A stretch of 64,000 nucleotides of DNA from an uncultured bacterium (GTDB lineage: Bacteria > Muiribacteriota > UBA6191 > CAZXTJ01 > CAYOHP01): positions 1,257-65,256 of the forward strand of contig CAYOHP010000027.1 in NCBI GenBank assembly GCA_964403795.1. Reading direction: 5' to 3'. The notes under the pieces are model-generated. The model had not been told where the DNA came from and ran no database searches. It saw only the letters and a list, made by a program, of their open reading frames with translations. Of the stretch, positions 59,095 to 64,000 are shown one piece after another (within the stretch, counting starts at the first letter, position 1; every line of letters begins with the position of its first letter). A program made the position numbers and the translations under genes.

Positions 59095-62000
59095 CGAGTT
59101 CCTCGAGTTCCGCGGGTGACGGAGGTCCCGCCCGATCCGCCGCGACGGCCTTGATCTGCCGCCGGGGCGGCGGTGGGGGTGCCGGGGAGGCGGAGCCTTT
59201 GGATCTACGCTCGGGAGGGGGTGGTGGCTGGACCTGGATCCGGACGGCTCCCTCTCCCAGGAGACCCTCGAGATCCTCCACCATCTCGGTCCCGGGTGCA
59301 AGCCGGTAGCTGTCGCCGAGGCGGATGGTGGCGACCGCCGAGCCGACCTCGAGCTCGAGCAGGACCCCGCGGGTACCCGGGTGGCCCAGGAGGGCGTTCT
59401 TCAAGCGACCCATGCCCACCTTGGCGAGCTTCTCCTCGGAAGTGCGCAGGGTCACCTCGAGACCCCAGTTCCGGCTGTCGGCGAGCTTCCCCAGGGGTAC
59501 GACCGACTCGAGGTCGATCTTCTTCTCCTCGTCCCCCCGGCGCTGGGACAGGCGACCGGAGACCAGGAGGATCTCGTCCTCGATCAGGTCTTCCCTGCAG
59601 AGGTCGTAGAGGTCCGGGAAGACCGCGAACTCGGAGGATCCCACCAGGTCCTCAAGGGTGGCGATCGCCATGTCGCGTCCCGACGCCTTGATGGTCCGCT
59701 TGCGCAGTCCCTTGACCAGACCCGCAGTCCTGAAGGTCGTGTCCACCGGGAGGCTGGAGATCGCCGGGACGTCGTGGGTCACGAGCTTGGCGAGCCACTT
59801 GCGATGTTCGTAGAGGGGGTGCCCGGAGAGGTAGAAGCCGAGCGCCTCCTTCTCGAGCCGGAGCAGGTCCCGCTCCTGGAACTCGGCGATCTCGGGGAAC
59901 TCGATGCCTCCGGTCCCGAACTCCCCGCCCTGGGAGGCGCAGAAGTCGAGCAGGGTGGCCTGGCCCGAGGTCTTGTGGGCCTGGAGGCCCGACCCGTGTT
60001 CCAGGGCGGCCTCCACCGAGGCCAGGAGCTGGGAGCGGGGGCGCCCGCAGGAGTCGAAGGCGCCGGACTTGACCAGGGCCTCGATCGAACGCCGGTTCAC
60101 GATCCTGAGGTCGACCCTGGCGGTGAAGTCGTCGAGGCCATGGAACGAGCCATGATCGCGGCGGGCCTCGAGGATCGCCTCGACCACCGCCGCCCCCATT
60201 CCCTTGATGGCCTCGAGTCCGAAGAGGATCTCGCCCTCGTGGACCGAGAACTGCCGGGCCGAGCGGTTGACGTCGGGACCCCGGACCACGATCCCCATCC
60301 GGCGGCACTCCTCGAACACGTGGGCGAGCTGGTCGGTGTCCCCGGCCTCGTTGGTGAGGACCGCAGCCAGGAACTCGGTCGGGAAGTTGGCCTTGAGGAA
60401 GGCGGTCTGGTAGCTGACCAGGGCGTAGGCGGCGGAGTGGGACTTGTTGAACCCGTACCCGGCGAACTTCTCCATCAGTCCGAAGATCTCGCCGGCCTTC
60501 TCCGTGTCGACGCCGCGCTTGCCCGCTTCGGTGACGAAGATCTCCTTGTGCCGCTCCATCTCCTCGGGCTTCTTCTTGCCCATCGCCCGCCGGAGCTGGT
60601 CGGACTGGCCCAGGGAGTACCCGGCCAGGATGGAGGCACAGGCCATGACCTGCTCCTGGTAGAGCATCACGCCGTAGGTCTCCTCGAGCAGGGTCGCCAG
60701 CTTCTCGTGCGGGTAGCTGGCGGGCTTGCGGCCGTGTTTGGTCTCGATGAAGTCGTCGACCATACCCGAGCCGAGCGGACCGGGACGGTAGAGGGCGAGG
60801 AGGGCGATGAGGTCCTCGAAGACGCCCGGCCGGACCCTGCGGAGCAGGTCCCGGAAGCCCGAGGACTCGAACTGGAACACCCCCAGGGTGTCGCCGGCTG
60901 CCAGCAGGCTGTAGGTCCGGAGGTCGTCGAGCGGGATCTGGTCGAGATCGAGTTCCATACCCCGGCTCGACTGGATCAGGTCGAGAGCGTGGCGGATCAC
61001 CGTCAGGGTCTTCAGGCCGAGGAAGTCCATCTTGAGGAGGCCGACTTCCTCGATGGCCTTCATGTTGTACTGGGTGGCGAGGTCCCCATCCCGGCAGTAC
61101 ATCGGGGACAGGGTTTCCAGCGGCGCCGGGGCGATCACCACTCCGGCGGCATGGGTGCCGGCGTTTCGGCAGCAGCCTTCCAGGGCCAACGAGATCTTGA
61201 AGAGGCGGGGGTACTTCTCGGCCCACTGGGCGAGGTCCTTCGATTCGGCGAGGGCCTTCTTCAGGGTGATGAAGAGCTCCTCGGGCACCGCCTTGGTGAT
61301 GGCGTTGGCCTCGTGGAAGGGGAGGCCGAGCACCCGGGCGACGTCCTTCAAGGCCGCCTTGGCCGAGAGCGTGCCGAAGGTGATGATCTGGCTGACGCAG
61401 TCCTTGCCGTACCTGGCGATGACGTAGTCGATGACCTCCTGCCGTCGCTCGAAGTCGAAGTCGACGTCGACGTCGGGCATCGACACCCGCTCCGGGTTGA
61501 GGAAGCGCTCGAAGTAGAGGCCGTAGGTGAGCGGGCAGAGGTTGGTGATCCCGGTCAGGTAGGCGATCAGGGAGCCGGCGGCGGAGCCGCGGCCCGGACC
61601 GACGGGGATCCCCATCTCCCGGGCCTTGCGGATGAAGTCCCAGACGATCAGGAAGTAGGCCGAGTAGCCCATCTTGCGGATGATCCCGTGCTCGAAGTCG
61701 AGCCGGGTGGAGATCTCGGCGAGACGCTCGGGGCTCGCATCCGGATAGCGCGCGGGGATTGCCTCCCGGCAGAGCTGAAGCAGGTAGGCGTCGGGATCCG
61801 ATCCGGCCGGGACCTCGAAGCGGGGCAGCTTGGAGACGCCGAACTCGAGCTTCAGGTGGCAGCGGCGCGCGATCTTGAGGGCGTTCTCGTAGGCGCCGGG
61901 AAACCTCTTCCCGACGGCCTGCATCTCCTCGGGGGAGCGGAAGTGGAACTGGTCGCTCCCCATGGCGAGATCGACCTCACGCCCCTCCGGGACCTCGAGC

Positions 62001-62695
62001 TGGCGTCCCTGGCCGATGTACATGAGCACCTGGTGTGCCAGGGCATCGTCGGCCTCGAGGTAATGGACGTCGTTGGTGAGGACCAGGGGGATGCCGAGCT
62101 CCTGGGAGACCTGGACCAGGCGATGCCCGACCATGCGCTCCTCGGGGAGCCCGTGGTCCTGGACCTCTACGTAGAAATTGGGCTCGCCGGAGGGGTCCTT
62201 TCCGAACAGGTCCCGGTAGCGGGCGGCCCAGTCCCTGGCCTCGTCCGCCCGGCCCGCGGAGAGACGCTTGGCGATGGGTCCCTCGAGCAGGGAGGAGGTG
62301 GCGATCAGGCCCTGGCGGAGTTCGCCCAGGAGCTCCATGTCGATCCGCGGCTTCTTGTAGAAGCCCTCGGTGTAGGAACGGCTGACCAGCTTCATCAGGT
62401 TCTGGTAGCCGCGTTCGTCACGGCAGAGCAGGACGAGGCGATGCCAGTCCTTCTTCTGGTCGAAGCGGGAGCCCTCGCTCACGAACATCTCGCAACCGAG
62501 GATGGGGACGATCCCGGCCTTCTTCGCCTCCTTGTAGAACTCGACGGCACCGAACAGGTTCCCGTGGTCGGTGAGCGCCAGGGCGGGCATGCCATGACGC
62601 TTGGCGGCCTTCACCAGGTCGCCGATCTTGCCGGTGGCCTGGAGCATCGAGTAGTGGCTGTGCACGTGGAGGTGCACGAAATCCGAGTGGCTCAT
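59081..62695 (-). CDS. dnaE: DNA polymerase III alpha subunit
   Basis: HLHVHSHYS PHP, GPGRGSAAGS, PDVDVDFD, GLLKMDFLGL, GYGFNKSH, OB-fold. Confidence 0.99.
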   Translation of the reverse strand: MSHSDFVHLHVHSHYSMLQATGKIGDLVKAAKRHGMPALALTDHGNLFGAVEFYKEAKKAGIVPILGCEMFVSEGSRFDQKKDWHRLVLLCRDERGYQNLMKLVSRSYTEGFYKKPRIDMELLGELRQGLIATSSLLEGPIAKRLSAGRADEARDWAARYRDLFGKDPSGEPNFYVEVQDHGLPEERMVGHRLVQVSQELGIPLVLTNDVHYLEADDALAHQVLMYIGQGRQLEVPEGREVDLAMGSDQFHFRSPEEMQAVGKRFPGAYENALKIARRCHLKLEFGVSKLPRFEVPAGSDPDAYLLQLCREAIPARYPDASPERLAEISTRLDFEHGIIRKMGYSAYFLIVWDFIRKAREMGIPVGPGRGSAAGSLIAYLTGITNLCPLTYGLYFERFLNPERVSMPDVDVDFDFERRQEVIDYVIARYGKDCVSQIITFGTLSAKAALKDVARVLGLPFHEANAITKAVPEELFITLKKALAESKDLAQWAEKYPRLFKISLALEGCCRNAGTHAAGVVIAPAPLETLSPMYCRDGDLATQYNMKAIEEVGLLKMDFLGLKTLTVIRHALDLIQSSRGMELDLDQIPLDDLRTYSLLAAGDTLGVFQFESSGFRDLLRRVRPGVFEDLIALLALYRPGPLGSGMVDDFIETKHGRKPASYPHEKLATLLEETYGVMLYQEQVMACASILAGYSLGQSDQLRRAMGKKKPEEMERHKEIFVTEAGKRGVDTEKAGEIFGLMEKFAGYGFNKSHSAAYALVSYQTAFLKANFPTEFLAAVLTNEAGDTDQLAHVFEECRRMGIVVRGPDVNRSARQFSVHEGEILFGLEAIKGMGAAVVEAILEARRDHGSFHGLDDFTARVDLRIVNRRSIEALVKSGAFDSCGRPRSQLLASVEAALEHGSGLQAHKTSGQATLLDFCASQGGEFGTGGIEFPEIAEFQERDLLRLEKEALGFYLSGHPLYEHRKWLAKLVTHDVPAISSLPVDTTFRTAGLVKGLRKRTIKASGRDMAIATLEDLVGSSEFAVFPDLYDLCREDLIEDEILLVSGRLSQRRGDEEKKIDLESVVPLGKLADSRNWGLEVTLRTSEEKLAKVGMGRLKNALLGHPGTRGVLLELEVGSAVATIRLGDSYRLAPGTEMVEDLEGLLGEGAVRIQVQPPPPPERRSKGSASPAPPPPPRRQIKAVAADRAGPPSPAELEELDAAS

Positions 62696-63972
62696 CGCCG
62701 GGGGCCTCGGGTCTGTCCTGGAGGGGCGTGGAGACGGCCCCCGATCACGACGGAGACGACGAGGTTGGTCCCCAGCCGATATCCGAGGTGCCGGTAGGAC
62801 GGCGCGTCGACCAGGGTGAGGTCGGCCTGCATCCCCGGCGCCAGGCGTCCCACCCGGTCGTGGAGGCCGAGGGCAAAGGCCGAGTTGGCGGTGGATGCGT
62901 TCAGGGCTTCGGCCGGGGTGAGGCGCATCTGGGCGATGGCGATCTGCATGGCGAGCACCATGGATTCCAGATGGCAGGACCCGGGGTTCAAGTCGGTGGC
63001 CAGCGCCACCGTGCAGCCGGCCTCGATCATGCGACGTGCCGGGGCGTACTTCCCCTTGCCGAGATTGAAGGCGGTGCCGGGAAGCAGGGTGGCGACCGTG
63101 CCGCGTCCGGCCAGGGCGGCGATGCTCGCCTCGTCGGTGGCGATCAGGTGGTCGGCGCTCCGGGCGCCGAGTTCCGCCGCCAGCCTGCCACCGCCCATGG
63201 GGTGCACCTCGTCGGCGTGCATCCGGATCCCGAATCCGAGAGCGGCTGCCGCTCCCAGGAAGCGACGGGTCTGGTCGAGGTCGAAGACTCCCTGCTCGCA
63301 GAAGATGTCGACGGAGTCGGCGAGTCGCTCTTCCTTGACCGCGGGGAGCATCTCGGCGATCACGAGGTCGAGATAGGCGTCGGTCCGGCCCCGGTATTCG
63401 GGTGGTACGGCATGGGGCCCCATGAAGGTAGGGACGATGCGGACCGGGCCCTCGGCACCGAGGCGGCGTGCCACTCGCAGCATCCGGAGTTCGGTGGCGA
63501 GGTCGAGACCGTAGCCGGACTTCACCTCGACCGTGGTGGTGCCGTGGGCGAGGATCCGCTCCAGCCGGCTCCGGGCCTGGAGGAGGAGTTCCTCGTCGCT
63601 GGCCTGTCGGGTCCTGCGGACCGTGTCGAGGATGCCGCCCCCCCGGGCCAGGATCTCCAGATACGCCGCTCCCCGGGCGCGGGAGTCGAACTCGTCGGCG
63701 CGGTCCCCGGCGAAGACGAGGTGGGTGTGCGGATCCACGAAACCCGGGACCGCGGTGGCGCGACCGGAATCGACCCGGGGCCAGGCGGCGAAGCGGGAGG
63801 GAAGGTCGGCCTGGGGACCCGCCCAGGCGATCGTCCCTCCTTGGATGGCGAGGGCGGCGTCGGGAACCTCGAGGATCCCGTCGAGGGCGGAGCCGACCAG
63901 GGGAGGCTCGGACGCAGCCGTGGCCAGGGAAGCCAGGTTCCCGAGCACCCAGTCCTCGGTGGCGGGTTCCAC
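62692..63972 (-). CDS. hutI: Imidazolonepropionase
   Basis: PGFVDPHTHLVF, EVKSGYGL, MHADE, DHL, ATDLNPGS; AGGAGG SD. Confidence 0.95.
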   Translation of the reverse strand: MEPATEDWVLGNLASLATAASEPPLVGSALDGILEVPDAALAIQGGTIAWAGPQADLPSRFAAWPRVDSGRATAVPGFVDPHTHLVFAGDRADEFDSRARGAAYLEILARGGGILDTVRRTRQASDEELLLQARSRLERILAHGTTTVEVKSGYGLDLATELRMLRVARRLGAEGPVRIVPTFMGPHAVPPEYRGRTDAYLDLVIAEMLPAVKEERLADSVDIFCEQGVFDLDQTRRFLGAAAALGFGIRMHADEVHPMGGGRLAAELGARSADHLIATDEASIAALAGRGTVATLLPGTAFNLGKGKYAPARRMIEAGCTVALATDLNPGSCHLESMVLAMQIAIAQMRLTPAEALNASTANSAFALGLHDRVGRLAPGMQADLTLVDAPSYRHLGYRLGTNLVVSVVIGGRLHAPPGQTRGPRR

Positions 63973-64000
63973 TCCGCTTCCCTCCTAGTCCCGGGTTCCG

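Noticed and set aside
59081-62695. Intein or split dnaE
   Set aside because: Length and motif order are those of an uninterrupted DnaE.
59381-62797. 1138-aa plus-strand ORF antisense to dnaE (similarly 54791-57925, 9844-12462, 20356-22851, 22918-25383, 38863-40998)
   Set aside because: Shadow ORFs expected from high GC3 codon bias; no motifs, and each mirrors a well-supported gene on the opposite strand.

Overview
Very GC-rich (about 70% by eye) bacterial chromosomal segment. It is probably from a diderm lineage (LptF/G permease, Omp85-type barrel) that also has Terrabacteria-type envelope genes (DUF5693-CsaB, FloA/NfeD); the lineage assignment is inference only. The left edge (1-500) has an IS256-family transposase start apparently inserted into a frameshifted ISL3 remnant, next to an intact tyrosine recombinase. 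The rest is mostly core or secretome genes: three Hanks Ser/Thr kinases, many secreted proteins (Reeler-CxxCH, Zn-PLC-like, HAD/LNS2-like, SLT, NLP/NPP1-like, transglutaminase-like, VWA, prolyl oligopeptidase), larC-larE-larB, a GGDEF cyclase, oppBCDF, tRNA-Leu(GAG)-rnz, a sigma54 activator, nfeD-floA, bacterioferritin, and a tightly coupled hutI-dnaE-hisD-like-Omp85 run. The strongest new signals are: (i) a full-length HisD homologue that has lost nearly all Zn, NAD and catalytic motifs; (ii) three sigma54 -24/-12 promoters, each in front of an uncharacterised secreted protein; (iii) a DUF5693-CsaB fusion; (iv) a ~163 bp MITE. No CRISPR array or rRNA was seen. Product calls come from motif recognition, not database searches, and many start codons are my best estimates.
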